Positions 25,201 to 40,200 of a stretch of DNA of 64,000 bases are shown here, piece by piece. A program made the position numbers and the translations under genes. Source of the stretch: Hypanus sabinus. Taxonomy: Eukaryota. Each line of letters starts with the position of its first letter. Position 1 is the first letter of the stretch. The stretch is from contig NC_082716.1 of the NCBI RefSeq assembly GCF_030144855.1, positions 66,836,001-66,900,000 of the forward strand, given 5' to 3'. Below the pieces are notes generated by a model. That model worked only from the letters and a program-made list of their open reading frames with translations, ran no database searches and was not told the origin of the DNA.

Positions 25201-28200
25201 CGGAGTGGTTTTCATTCCTTTTTTGCAAAATCACTCTCAGTCCATTGAAATTAACCATTCTCCAAATTAGAATTTGTACTTGTTTTTTTTTTGCAGAGTT
25301 ATAGGAGATCTAGTGTGGTGGTCACTATGAGAAGACCATTAATCCAAATCCACACCCCAATTTCATTGCGTAAAACAAAACTCAGCATTGATCCTCTTAC
25401 CCCCCCATATTCCTATTGTTGGATTTAATATGTACTAGCTGAGCATTTCATCTGCATCCGATTTACGAACTGTGCACCCTTCATATTTTTCTCATTGATG
25501 ATATCCCAATTATGAAATCTCACTCTGTTACTGCCACAGTATCTTTTATTTTTCCAAAAATCCTGTTTTTGTGTTTCCTTTGGACTGTTTGAAGGTCTAT
25601 AATTCCCAGTTGTGTGACTTCTCCTTTTGGTTTAATTGAACGTGTATAGTCTTACATTAGCTGTTTCACAAGTCTAATAGGTTTTTTCACAAAGCTGACT
25701 ATTACCTCTCTATTTAAATTCACTTCTCGTCTGAGAACTCAAATTGGCAACTATTTGCTGATATCAAGCTTCCATCGCTGTACCTTGTTTACCAAATCTC
25801 TTGTGTTTAGCAAGGGATATAGTATCAGTAAATTCGGTCCAATTGAGATAAAATGATATTAAACGTCCTTTATTTGTGAACAAAGTAGATGAACAAATAC
25901 ACAGTTCAGGAAGTGCTATCCATACGGATTCTAATGAGAGAAAGTAAAGAATTAAAGTTAAGGTCCCCTAATAGCAGCTATCCTCTGAGTATTAATTGAT
26001 TACTCAGCTAATCAACTAATTTGATTAAATTAGCTGAGTTTGATCATTAATTTTGTAACAAAGGTAATATAGATGACCCCTGCATTACAGCCATATGGTA
26101 ACAGCAATTTGTCCTTGCAAAAGTCACAAATCACTATCTTAAAAAATAAATTGAAACACAGAATTAAAATTTGCTTTTATAGAAATCATCTGGGAAGAAG
26201 TGCAAGAAGTAAATAAATTGAATTTTCAACACACATTTCTTGATATGTGCTAATGATAGTTTTGCATCACGTAAACTCACGATATGGACAGTTTTCTAGG
26301 AATGCATCTTGTTAATCTTGAAATTGATAATTCCACAGGAATCATAATGTTGACTGAAATTCAATTAAATTGCTGGGAGATTAACAGTATCAGACACTGA
26401 AAAGAAAATATTTAATTCTCAATGAATATATCATACTTTCTGTTGAGAAGTAAAAACTTTGAGGGAGATGTGACCATTCCGGGCAAGTAAAAGAGATTCA
26501 AGTTGTTTAGGTTTATATATCTTGTTTTAAAAGCCTTGTTATACTATTAGGAGTAGTAAGTCTGAAGATTGGGAGACTTTTTAAAACCCAGCAATAAGAA
26601 ATTATTCCTGGAACCCTATAGAAATATACATAAACATTTTCCTGCTCACTGTTTTAATAATTTCTTTAAAAAACTTATTCATATTTTGCATGATCTATCA
26701 TTTACAAATCCTTGTAGTACTGGCTGATTAGCTGAAAGTTACTAATGTTCACTCTGTAACACTATTCTACTTTGTTATTGCTTTTCTCTTAATGTATTTT
26801 AAAGTGATCTGTGTGGGTGGCATGGAGAAAGATTCCTCTGCATTGTACTGCATTACTTTTGGCAATAATAATCCAATTACCAATTAATTACAGGCAAACG
26901 TAATGTATCAGAAGATGTTAGATTAACTAGTATAATTAGCTTGGTTCAACACTTTGTTTCCACAACTTAGTGTGCAATTTTCCAAAATAAGCAATAATTC
27001 CAAAATCAAGAGAACTCGTAAATGACTTGTGATCTTTCAAAGTTTCAACTATTTCCTTTAAAATCCAAGATGAAAACTCATCTGATCCTGGAGTATTGAC
27101 ACTTATTTTGTTCCGCTGTTTTATTCAATGCCATTATCTTGGCTATGTTAATTCTGGTATGCCCTTTCCTATCAATGCGAGTTCCTCTCGCTGTCTAGGG
27201 TGCAAACTACCCCCTCTAATTGACTTGCCTCATTTATATGCCATATTCTATCATTCTGTCACTTATTTTTATTGATAAAACCAGATTTTTTTTTAAAGTT
27301 TGCGAATTATATTTCTACCAGTTGCGTATTAATTGAGTTTTTGTATTTGTATTATAAGACCATAAGACATAGTAGTAGAATTAGGCCATTTGGCCCATAA
27401 ATTCTCCTGCCATCCAATTCCTAAATGGACATTGAATCCTTGGACACTACCTCACTTTTTTTTTTAAATATACAGTATTTCTGTTTTTTGCATGTTTTAA
27501 TAATCTATTCACTATACATATACTGTGATTGATGTAGTTGTTTAATTATTATTTTATTTTTATTACTTTTTTTCTCTTCTATATTATGTATTGCATTGAA
27601 CTGCTACTACTAAGTTAAAAAATTTCACATCACATGCCAGTGATAATAAACCTGATTCTGATTTATAAAGTAAGTCTATGCCTTTATTCCCTTTATCAAA
27701 ATGATGTTATAATAAGAATCTGGGTTTTACCAATATTGCTAATAGTTAATAGCATAACTTCAGCATTGCCTTAAGAGAGCTTGAACTATACTTGTATTTG
27801 GAGTTAAGGTATCTCTACAGAGTTCAGGCCATCATATCTGCATTTCCTAACTGGCCAACTGCCTCTTATAATTTAATTTACTTTGGCTCAGTATTTGGAA
27901 CCATTAATTAACTAAACAAACGCACACATCCTGAGTAATTTTAATAGCATTTTTGTTTGACCCTGTGTTACCAGTGGGTTAAAATTGTATAAAACAGTAT
28001 GTTTTGCTAGGAGTACAGTAGGTTGTTTTACCATTAAGACTGCTCTGCCATTTAAAAAAAGTTGAATGGCCTGTTTGTACATCACTCAAACATATTTTTG
28101 TATGTATTTTGTTTGAATTGTTGTTACTGAGAGTTAACAATGCCTGTGTTTTCAGAGACCTTGGCGAACACAAGTCAATTTGCTGGTCAAGCTGCCCAGG

Positions 28201-31200
28201 TTGGCAGCAGAACTCCTGAAGTAACCAAGCACAGTCCTATTTCAGATTGGATACTTCAGAGACAAGAACAGGTAAAACTCATGGATTGTGCCTGGTCATT
28301 GAGTAAAGAGACTGCATTTCTCAGCCACATCAGTTTATTCACTGTATAGGTTAGTTTTTGTAGCCTGCAGGTTGTCCTGTATTAGATGCATTCCTGGAAC
28401 ATTGATTATTTGACAGTGTGATAATTTTCCTTACTACATCTCATCTTGTAACTTATTATAAAAGTCATGTTTCATTAGAAACTTGTTTCCCCTGTAGCTG
28501 AGTAATTTTGCTTGTAGCTTTGTACTAATTGCAGGTTGCGTACCCCCTTATCTGAAATTCCAAAATCCAAAACCTTCCGAAATCCACATTTTCTTTGAGG
28601 TCACAAATGGAAAATTCCACAAGACACTGGGAAGGTTCCCAGGCAAGAAGTGACCTCACATATGTAATGAACTGAAGTTAAAAAATAGAAAAACACTGCA
28701 TAAGGTGAAAAATGAAGATCCCGATCATGTATTGTCAGCTTTGGACTGAACGTGTGCTGCTTAATGATATGTTGATCATGAGACAAGCAATGATCTATCA
28801 CGATGAAACAAAAATTGAAGGTAATTGTGAATATTCAGCAGGCTGGTTGCGGAAACTTAAGAAAAGGCACGGCATTAAAATTCTAAAGCATCTGTTGTTC
28901 ATGAAAATCTAACACCAGAACAAGTCTATAATGCTGATTGTTTTTATACCTTACATAAAACTTTTAAAAGTAAAATACAAATACAGTGTACTGTAACCCT
29001 TTAATCAAAGCTTGGCATCATAGATGAGACTGAAAGTCTACTGTTTGATGTTGTTCAACAGCTGATTCAGCTATTCTCCCAATGTTGTTGTGCTGCTTTT
29101 GCCCTGCACATGTTATATTTATTGATGGTCTGTAACAATTTTTACTGTTCAGTTCATGTGTGTGATGAACAAGTGTGAGACAAAGACTGCTTACCAGTCT
29201 TTTCATTGGAAGGGATGGTGATCCCAAGCTATCTCATTAGGTGTTCCAAAATCCAAAGGCCTCTGAAACACTTCCAGCCCCAAGCATTTCGAATGAGGGG
29301 GTACTCAGCCTGTATTGCTGCGCAGATTTCAGATGAGAAACTATCTGGAGGCAAAGAGCGGTGGAAATGCAGGACAGGTAGCTACTTGGAGGGGAAATTG
29401 AGCTTGGAAACTTTGTCAAGAATACCTGATGTTAACTCTGAAATTGCACTGATAACTACTAGTAGCAATGGTTTTTAACAAAGGTACAGGATGATTAAAA
29501 TTTCACTTAAAGCACAGAACATTGACCCATCTGCCTTGCATTATTATCCTGTAGCTTTGTTTAATATAATTTGTATCCTCTATCCAGCATTTTAAAAGTT
29601 CAAACAATATGTATTAATATGGCTTTGAAATTATGCTTTGTTCATTTAGGTCAAAACTTTTGTGTTGAAACGGGGGCAGATAATGTATTTATTTAACAAG
29701 GTACTGTGAATGTCATTGAAGCCACATCAGATTAACAGCATGTAAGGTTATACCTTACATGATGCTTTGTTCAGCGGCTGGTTTCTTTATGTTGCTGTCT
29801 TCCTTTTGCTTGTGCAATAGTTTCATTCTGCAGCTTCTTGATTGGCTAAGTACATCTGACAGACTCTGTTATATTTGCTCTGTTCCTGGAACCTTTCCTT
29901 TAACCAAGAAGGAGCTCTTGTTTCAGTTGGTACTGGATGATACTAATGTGTCCAGCTGACTTTATTTAGGTGAAATTAGTTTAGGGACTTGACCTTAAAC
30001 CATTTTCTCGTGAGCATAGAACAGTACAGCACAGGAACAGGCCCTTGGGCCCGCAGTGTTGTGCCAACCAATTAAGTTAGTGATCAAATGGCCAATTAAA
30101 CTCATCCCTTCTGCCTACACAATGACCATTGCTTTCTATTTCCCTTACATTCATGTGCCTATCTGAACATCTCTTAAAAGTCCCTAAAGTAGTTCCCTCG
30201 ACCACCACTTCAACCAGCATAACCACCAGTCTCTTCTTAAAAAATACCCCTCACACCTGACAAACAACGGAAAATCTGCAGATGCTGGAAATTCAAGCAG
30301 TGCACACACAATGCTGGAGGAACTTGGCAGGCCAGGCAGCATCTGTTGGGGGGAGAAAGTGCAGAAACATTTTGGGCTGAGACCCTCATTTCTCTTGAAA
30401 TTGCCCCCTCTCACCTTAAATATATGCCCTCTGGTATTGGCCATTTCAACCCTGTGAAAAAGATTCTGTCTATTCTATTGATGACTCTCATAATCTCATA
30501 AACCTCTATCAGATCTCCTCCTAACCTCTGTCACCCCAGAGAAAACAACTCAAGTTTTCCAGTATCTCATTATAACACATACCCTCTAGTCCAGGCAGCA
30601 TCCTGATAAACATCTTCTGCACCCTTTCCAAAGCCTCAACATCTTTCTTATAATGGCTGACCAGAACTGTGTGCAGTACTCCAGGTGAGGCCTAACTAGA
30701 GGTTTATAAAGCTACACATAACTTCTGAGTTAAAAATTCAATGCCTGGACTAATAAAGGCAAGCATGCCATATGCCATCTTAACCTGCCTATCAACCAAG
30801 GAGCTGTCGACTTGGACCCTAAGATCCCTCTGCTCATCAACACTGTTAAGGGTCTTGTCCACTAATTATGCTAGAGAATTATATTAACTGAGTGGATCGT
30901 GTTCCCAGGTTGGGAACCTCTGATTTATTGATCTCTCCTATCATTAAAATACACATATTCTAAACTGTGTCCCATCATATCTATTACTTTGCTCCTGCCT
31001 GTTTTCACTGGCCCTAACATTCATCTTCTCTCCCACCCTCCACTTTCTCAGCTGGTGCTCTGTTTCCCATCCATCTTGCCAAACTCACTTTGTCAAATAA
31101 AAGGCAGTTTAAATGTTTCCATTGAGAAATTATGTGGATGAGCACAATTCACCATTACAAATATCCTTTGACCTTTGCATATGGTCAAAATAGAATATAG

Positions 31201-34200
31201 TCGTAACGCCAAAGTATATCAGGATTACTTTAGTTCATGTTTTGTACATTACAAATTTTTTGGCATACTATATATTGTAATCTCTTCTGCTTTATGCCTT
31301 TAGTGCAGTGGTTTCTCAAACATGGAGAGGTTGTTTTGACCAAATAACATGTTAACATTTCAAAGGGATTTAATATATTGATCTGGAGTTTACATTGAGA
31401 ATGACAGTTGCCATTATTGGAGCAAATGTGATGGCAAATTCTGAGGTGTGCTGTTGCACAGTTACTTGTGAAGTCTGGAAGCCGCTGTTAGTGATTTTCT
31501 TCACTGTTCGTAAGCTTCTCTATTATGATGAGCAACAGTTGGCAATTTAGCAAAATCTTCAGTTATTTACAAACTTTGGACTGTTGGAAATAATTGAAAT
31601 TTTATGGTTTGCTGACTTAAAATAATTTTGCATGCATTGGCAGTTTTCTCAGAAGATAGATGCTGATCAGCTTCTGACTTTATAGATGTGAATGCCGAAT
31701 TGAGTCAAATTTCTGGCCTTAGAATAATGAATTAGTAGTTAAATAAAGTAACTGTCATTGACAAATGCAATCATAAGCAATAGCACTGGAGATTTACTGG
31801 GATTTACAGCTAACACATGGATATATGAATCTGAAACGTCTGTGTAATTGCTATTTTAAAAGCAGCAATTTTTCTATAATTCAGGATATTTAACACATGG
31901 TTGTTCCACAGTCACAGAATACTACAGCACAATAACAGGCCCTTCAGCCCATTTAGTCCATACCAAAGTATTAACCTGCCTAGTCCCATCAGCCTGCACC
32001 CAGACCATTGCCATGTGCCAATCCAAACTTCTCTTAAATTGAACCCAAATCTACCACAAACAAGAGAAAATCTGCAGATGCTGGAAATCCGAGCAACATA
32101 CACAAAATGCTGGAGGAACTCAGCAGCCCAGGCAGCATCCATGGGAAAAAAGTATGGTCGATGTTTGGGGCCGAAACCCTTTGGCAGGACAGGAGAAAAA
32201 AAGCTGAGGAGTAGATTTGAAAGGTGCAAGAAAGAAAAAGGGGGTGAGGAGCACCAGAGGGAGGCGATGGGCAGGCAAGGAGATGGGGTGAGAGAGGGGA
32301 GAGGGGATGGCATGAACATCGATTTCTCAACCTTCCGGTAATAGCCCCACCTTCACTATTTCCCATCCCCCTTGTCCCTCTCTTATCTCCTTGCCCACTC
32401 ATCGCCTCCCTCTGGTGCTCCTCTCCCCCTTTTCTTTCTTTCATGGCCTTCTGTCTCTTTCACTAATCAACTTCCCAGCTCTTTACTTCATCCCTCCCTC
32501 TTCAGGTTTCACCCATCACCTGGTATTTCTCTCTGCCCTCCCCCACCTTGTAATATCTACTCCTCAGCTTTTTTTTCTCCAGTCCTACTGAAGGGTTTTG
32601 GCCCGAAATGTCAGCTGCACTTTTTCCTTAGATGCTGACTGGCCTGCTGAGTTCCTCCAGCATTTTGGGTGTTGCCCAAATTTACCACTTGTGCTGACAA
32701 CTGATACCACATTCTTGCCACCCTTTGAGTGAAGAAGTTCCCACTCGTGTTTTCCTTAAACATTTCACCTTTCAGCTTTAGTTCATGATCTCTAGTTTTG
32801 GGCGCACCCAAACTCAGTGGAAAAAGCCTATTTGCATATACCTCTGTCAAGCCTTCTCTTATTCTCCTATGCTCCAGGGAATAAAGTTCTAACCTATTCA
32901 TCCTTTCCTGATAACTCAGGTCAAGTCCTAGCAGCACCCTGGTAAATTTTCTCTGCATTCTTTCAATCTTATTGATATCTTTCCTGTAGATAGGTGACCA
33001 GAGCAGCACGCAGTACTCCAAATTAGACCTCCCAAGGTCTTGTACAACTTCAACATAACATCACAACTCCTGTACTCAATAAGTTGAAGGCCAACATGCC
33101 AAAAGCTCTCTTTACGACACTATCTGATACCACTTTCAAGGAATTATGAATCTGTATTCCTAGATCCCTCAGTTCTACTGCTCTCATCAGTGCCCGATAG
33201 CTCATTGTAAATTCTACCCTGCTTTATTCTCCCAAAATGTAACACCCCACACTTATCTGCTTTAAATTCCATTTGCCATTTTTCAGCTCTTTTTTCCAGC
33301 TGGTCTACATCCCACTGCAAGCTTTGATAGCCTTCATCACTGTCTACTATGCCCCGCAGTCTAGGTGTCATCTGCATATTTGCTGATCCAGTTTACTACA
33401 TTATCATCCAGGTGGTTGAAGTAGATTAGATAAACAACAATGGACCCAGTGCTAATGCTTCTGGCACACCACTAATCACAGACATCCTGTTAGAGAGACA
33501 ACCATCTGCTATTGCTTGCTGGCTTCTCCCAGAAAGCCGATGGCTCATCCAGTTCGCTACCTCATCCTGGATGCTAAGCAGCTGAACCTTTTTTGACCAA
33601 CCTCCCATGTCAAAGGCCTTGCTAAATTCCATCCAGCATCCACTGTGTTGCCTTCTCCAACTTTCCTGGTAACTTCCTTAAGAAACTCAAGATTGTTAAG
33701 ACACGACCAACCATGCACAAAGCCGTGTTGACCGTCCCTAATCAGTCCCTGTCTTTCCAATAACTTGCCCACTACTGATGTCAGGCTCACCAGTCTATAA
33801 TTTCCTAGTTTATTTTTAGACCCTTTCTTAAACAATGGAACAACATTAGCTATCTTACAATCCTCTGGCACCTCACCCATTGCTAAGGATGTTGTAAATA
33901 TCTCTGCCTGGTCCCTTGCAATTTCTGCACTAGCTTCTTACGGTTCGAAGGATTGTCAAGCCCTGGGGATTTGCCTCATCAGCAACCACCACCTCCTCTG
34001 TAATCTGTACATAGTCCATGACCTCACTTCATTATTCTTCGTGTCCATCTACCAAGTAAATAAAGATGCAAAAAAAATCCATACAAAATCTCCACGTTTC
34101 CGATTTGCTGGAGTTACTGAACTTTTTAGGAGAACGAGATGTACTCTTAAATATAATTAACGGTGTTCAAAGATTTGTTATTGATTCGATACAGATATCA

Positions 34201-37200
34201 TGAGGCAGATAGCTGAGGCAGTCATTTATTCAACTTCTTGAGCAACATTAATTTGCCTCTATTTAATTGCAAAGTTTTATCTGCAGTTGACTACTGCAAG
34301 TGGCATTGTTAAATAAAGCCAACAACAAAGTATCAGAGAGCTTTTATTCATTTGTAACTTATTATCACTTGAAAAATTTCTGCATTACATCATATTTTAA
34401 AAAGTAAGTTGTGTTCAGAACTTAAATGCTTACTTTGCATGTGATCTTTAACTTGGCTTCTTTCCATTATGCATGTATGGAATTTTGAAATGAAATACTG
34501 AATGAACAATTTTGAAAATCAATCAGCTTTTATGAAATAATCCAGACTAATGGCTCAAATGTGCTCCTGCTGAGTGGCTTTGCATGTGAGTGACTGACAC
34601 TGCATAGTATTTCACAATCTCAGCTAGCCTAATTTGTCAATCTTGCACATACTGCATGTCTTTTTCTAATAATTAAAAGAGATTAGATTTAATTACAGTT
34701 TTTTTCCAGCTTCCGGAAGCTTCAAGTCAGGCCTTGTTTGCGAACAGTCAAGCACACATTTGGGCTCTTGAAGGTAATTACTTATGTCAGAAATATGGTT
34801 TGCTTCGATTTGAAACATTTTTAATCCATTTACATGAAGAATGTATTGCAGTTGAGATCAGCAACCTTGTGGCAGAACTGCTAGTGCTGCTGCCTCTCAG
34901 CTTCCCATAGTTGTGCACATTTCCTTACCTGTTAATGTAAATTTATGGCAAAAAGATGAAAGAGGAGTTGATGGGCTTGTGAGCAAGAATAATTTGTAGG
35001 GCTGTAGGGAAATAAGGAGGGGGAGAATTTAATTGTTCTGCAGGATACTCCCAAGTTCAACAGGATTCAAATAGTAAACAGACTTGCACATCCACTGAAG
35101 CATGTTTTAATTTATAGACGTTGAAAATATTCAGACTTATTTTGAAATAGTGTTAAAAATCACTTACCGGACACACACCTTCAATCTGGCTTCAATTCCA
35201 TTCTAATGAATAGCACCATGTAGCGGACACAGCTTAAAGGCCAAATGGTGAGTGCTTACTACCTTTCATCATAAGATAACAGAGCTCTGCTCTTATATTT
35301 AGCACTTAATCTACTGACATAGCTAAAAGTCAAACTTCCAGAGAATTCCAAATTTCTGTGGCAATGAGGAGATGTAGCCTAAAGGAACTCACCTGTTTAT
35401 TTCAGCTATCCAGTACTTCTCCAAGGAATCATTGACTAATTCGTAGCATTGCCCACTTCAGTTGGTGGAGTGGAGAGAAAAGCAGAAACCAAAAAGTGAT
35501 GAAAATTCAACAAGAAAAGTCAACTTTCAGTCAAATATTTCAGATTTTCTTCCCTTAATGACTCCATTCTGTCACAATTTTATCACAGTTTCAGCTTCTA
35601 AATTACATGTAATCATTGTGAGGCAATATTGAGTCCTTCTGGTTCACGTGAAAAATTGTCCTATCAAGAAAGGTTTAATAGGTTGGCTTGCATTCGCAAT
35701 CAAATGGAACAGTCATGATCTCATTGCGTTTTGCAGGGATATGTTCCAGAGACAACTTGCATATTGTATAGCAAGTAGGGACTTTTTTTTGTGTGTGTTT
35801 GCAGCCATGGCAATAGGAGTCAGTGGTAATAACATTGATTTGTTGGGTTAAGGAGTTGACAGAGGGTGACAACAGTCCAAATTAACCTCCAAACTAGATT
35901 TGTGTAGCTGGGTGGTTAATGGTCAGTCTGGATTTAGTGGGCTGCAAGGCATGTTTTCGTCCTGTAACTTTTCATGACTTCATGCTTGTAACCTAAGCCC
36001 ATGGATATTAACTTGCAATCAAAATAAAAAATATTTAAAAAGCAGTAAAAATTTAATTCCTGGTAAAATAGAGGTTAGGAAGAAGCAAACAAACTATCTA
36101 GTGACATCTTTTGCAAACCTCCTGACTCTCATAGTTATCATGATTATACTTCTTCCTAACCTGACACTTGTTTCAAAAAAAAAATGTTGTTCCCTTCTCA
36201 GTTCCTGTGTCCATCATATCTGCTCTCACCCTGTTCTGCCACAGTAACAGGGATAGTGTTCCCCTTGTCCTTGCCTACCATTCCAAGAGGCTCCGTATTC
36301 AGCACATCATTCTCTGTAACTTTTCCCAAATCCACTAAATGCATCTTTCCTTTTCCCCTTCCATTTTCCATAGGGATCACTCTAAGTTGCAGTGAGAGAG
36401 GAGGTGTAGCACTTGTCATGTTTACAGGGATATGTGCCCAGAGAAGATCAGAGGGAGGGACAACTCTCCCTGCCATTTAGGGCCTACACAGTCCTTCCAC
36501 ATGAGGAAACATTTCACCTGCTTGTGAGACCAAACACAGGTTGGAGACTGCTTTGAGCAGCTTTGCTCAGACCACCACAAAAGGCAGAATCTTTCAATGG
36601 CCACCCACTTCAATTTGACTTCCCAATCTATCATGTCTGCCCTTGGCTACCTCTGCTACCACAATGAGACCAGACTTAGGTTGGAGGAGCAACCTTGTAT
36701 TCCATCTGGGTTGCCTCCAACCTGATGGGTTGAACATTAATTTCTGTAACCTGATAATTAAACTCCCTTACCCTTCTCTCTTTTTCCATTCCCATTCTGG
36801 TTCCCCCCCCCCCCCCCCATCTGCCAGTCACCGCCTTTTGGTTCCCCACCCACTTTTCTTTCTTCCATGATCCACTATCCTCTCCTATAGATTTCTTCTG
36901 TCCTTTACCTCTTGACCCTTCACCTCCCAGCTTCTTAGTTCAAAACTGCCCACCTTATTCTGGCTCCGGTTCCCATCCTTCCCCGTCCTAGTGAATGGCC
37001 TTGGCCTGAAACATTGACTTTCCCCTCCATAGTTGCTGCCTGATTTTCTAAGGTCCTCCAGCATTTTGTGTGCCGTGCTAAAGATTCCAGCATCTGCAGA
37101 AGCTCTTGTGTTTATGATCAGAAATTTTACCTGGATATGATTGGAATATAAATAGTGGAGTGAGCAGTGTTATAGATGCCCTTTGAACATGAGGGGAGGT

Positions 37201-40200
37201 GTGATGTAATGAATGTTTAGTATTTTAAAGATGTTTCATCACTGAGTTTTATCCCAGTAAATTGTTATATAGCTCAGGTGGACCAGTGTGGAATCTGTCT
37301 GGTCTGTCCCTTTTAGGCGTATGAGGAGAACTCATGGCATAAACTCGGTGGCTATGCAGGACATGAAGTGATATTAGATGCTCCACGTGCTCGTTCTACA
37401 ACAATGTCACTTGGACTAGTGTATCGGTGGATTTCAACCACAAAATCCTGAAAATTAAAGAACACAAGAGTTTCTGCAGATGCTGGAGACCTTAAGCAGC
37501 GCACTCAAGCTGCTGGAACTTCTCAGCAAATCAGGCAGCTGGAAATTAGGGATCACTGTACACAATTTTGATATCCTAAACAAGTGTTACTTAAGGCTGG
37601 AAAATATTAAAGAAATCCAAACTCAGGATAAGAACTATTTAGAATAGAGGACAAGAATTTTTTTCCCCCAAACACTTGCAATTCTCAGCTGGATGCCCTG
37701 TTACGCCTATTCAAAATTAGAACAATATACTTATGGAGATCACACAAATCAAAGGACATGGTTAAATGTTGAGGGGTTGACTGGAGGTAAATTAGCCAGG
37801 AATTTGTGGAATATGTATCAGCTTCAAGGGATTGCAGAGCCTCCGCCTGTTATTGATGTCATTGAATTCCTGATCTTTGTATCTTCCATCTGAATTGGGC
37901 TATCAGCTGTTTTAACTCCACTAATTTACTGCCTCCAAACAACCCTTTTTGAATGTGCTTTCCTGCCTCACCATTCAATTATCTATTATTCGCCCCTCCC
38001 ACAGAAGTGGATGAAGTAGCTGACTAAATGTTGAAGTCATTGTGCTGGAAAGGGGCAATAACACATTCTTTGAATCTGCATAAATACTGCCACAGGAAAT
38101 GAAAGAATGTTTATATATTTTCATGTTGAAGGTCTGTACAATCTCGTAGGCATTAATTGTATAGGGTTGCATATGGGAGTCAAGATTTTAAATATACCCC
38201 ATTGCTTGCCACTGAGTGTTTATATTGTGCTGATCTGATTATATTGATTACACCTAACTGTTATAATCAATCAGTGGTATATTGGATGACGAAAATCTCA
38301 AATAAACAAGGGGTTGCCCTACTGGCCTTTACCATTAATTCTGCAAAGTATGCCAGAGCTGTGAATTGGACTAAATTTCTGGGGATCAAAATGTTACTGA
38401 TGTAATCTAAATAGTGTTTAATAAATATGAATCTCCAGGTTCCAGAATAAACCAAAAGTATTTTCCTCATTCATCAATCCTTGCGAGAAATTTCTGTAGT
38501 TTGACAAACTTTCAATGTTAATTGACCTGCATCAATCTAGATGGAACAATTTTTCCACTAGATCATTCTAGTAAGGATTGATCGAATTCGATCTAATATT
38601 TTTCAATTTAATTTCACTTGTCCTCTTTTTATTTACAGCCCTTTCTCATCTTGTGACGGCCTCATTTACAGAGGACAGATATGGTGTAGTGCAAACAATG
38701 CTGTCGTCTATTCTGTCATCCATGCTCTCTCTCCAGGAGGTAAGGATCTTTCAGCTTCTTTCTAGGCTCTGCCAAGCACTACAATCCTGACTTAAAAATA
38801 CTTTCCCTGTGGTGTTTAGATTATCATGGTAAATTGTGAGTGATGAGGAATGTTTAGCATCCCTCAATCCTCACCACCTTTTAAGAGTTCATCTGCTTTC
38901 CCCTTCCCTTTTCTAATTGAATTAACCGACATGACATGAAGAGTCCCGAAATTAACTTGATGGCTCGTGTACATTAGCAGTACATCTCTACCATGAAGGA
39001 CCTCATTGACCGGCTGGAATTCAGCTCAAGGAGATGCTTCCTTCTCTCACTTTGGAGAAGAACTCAATTTCAGCTTATTGATTGCCAAATGGCCTGGCTC
39101 GGCAACCTGTCAGGTCACTTCCCACGTAATATAGTCAGTACATATATTTGGCTTGTCTTCTAGAATTGCAACTCGGATATTTTTTGCCTTTTAAATTGCA
39201 TTGATTATGTGAGTTCTGGATTCATCCATTGTCTGAGTGAGACGTGTGAATAACTTAAGTGACAAGAATGGCTTGGAATGGTGCTGGCTGAATACTTGAA
39301 AGCAGAGATTCCCAACCTGGGGTCCACAGACCCCTTGCTTGATGGTATTGCTCCATGGCATTATAAAAAAGGTTGGAACCTCTGCCTTAGAGTGTGTGAT
39401 TGGACAAATTAAGAAGACTGTCAGACAGCATGAAAGTTGTGATACATTGATAAGGACGTCACACTACAAGATGATGCCTCAAAAGGGTCTTGAACCAACA
39501 GTCATGTGGAATGGGGGAGATAGGGTGCAGAGATATATTGCATTCAAATTGACAAGCTGCAGTCTTTAGTCTCAGGAGGTTTCGCCAGTAAACACTGCAG
39601 ATGTTGGAAATCCACAGCAGCACAAATTGCTGAAGGAGCTCAGCAGGTCAGGCAGCATCTACGGAGAGGGATAAACAGGACATTTTGGACCAAGTCCCTT
39701 TAATCAGGACCAGGTTTCACTAGTATAGGTACAAAAGAACTGTGCATGTTGACTGAAATGTGCTTAACATGCACAATAGGCTCCACTAAATGTGTCTGTT
39801 GCATGCACAGCTTTGCACCAATAGCACAAGTGAAACTCCCACTATAGAACATTAGAGGTTGCAGAGTTCTTGTTAGGAAGCAAGTAAAGTTTCAATATTA
39901 TCAGTGCAAAGCTGTATATGCAACAGGCAGTGGAGCCTATTGTACGTGTTAGGCACATTTAAGTCACATCCCACTGTTAGAATAATTGCAGCTGTCAGTT
40001 TATACTAAGCACTTAGGGTTACTTTAAAGCTGTCTTAGACTAATTTATATGACATAGTAGAATATTGTGGGAGAAAAAAAACATTAATCTACTACACCTT
40101 TCAGTTCTGAATGCATTGAGAATTGTAAAATGCAATAAAGCTAAGAGAAAGACATATTTAAGATCAGGAAAAAATATCCTTTCAATTGATAGCAATATTT

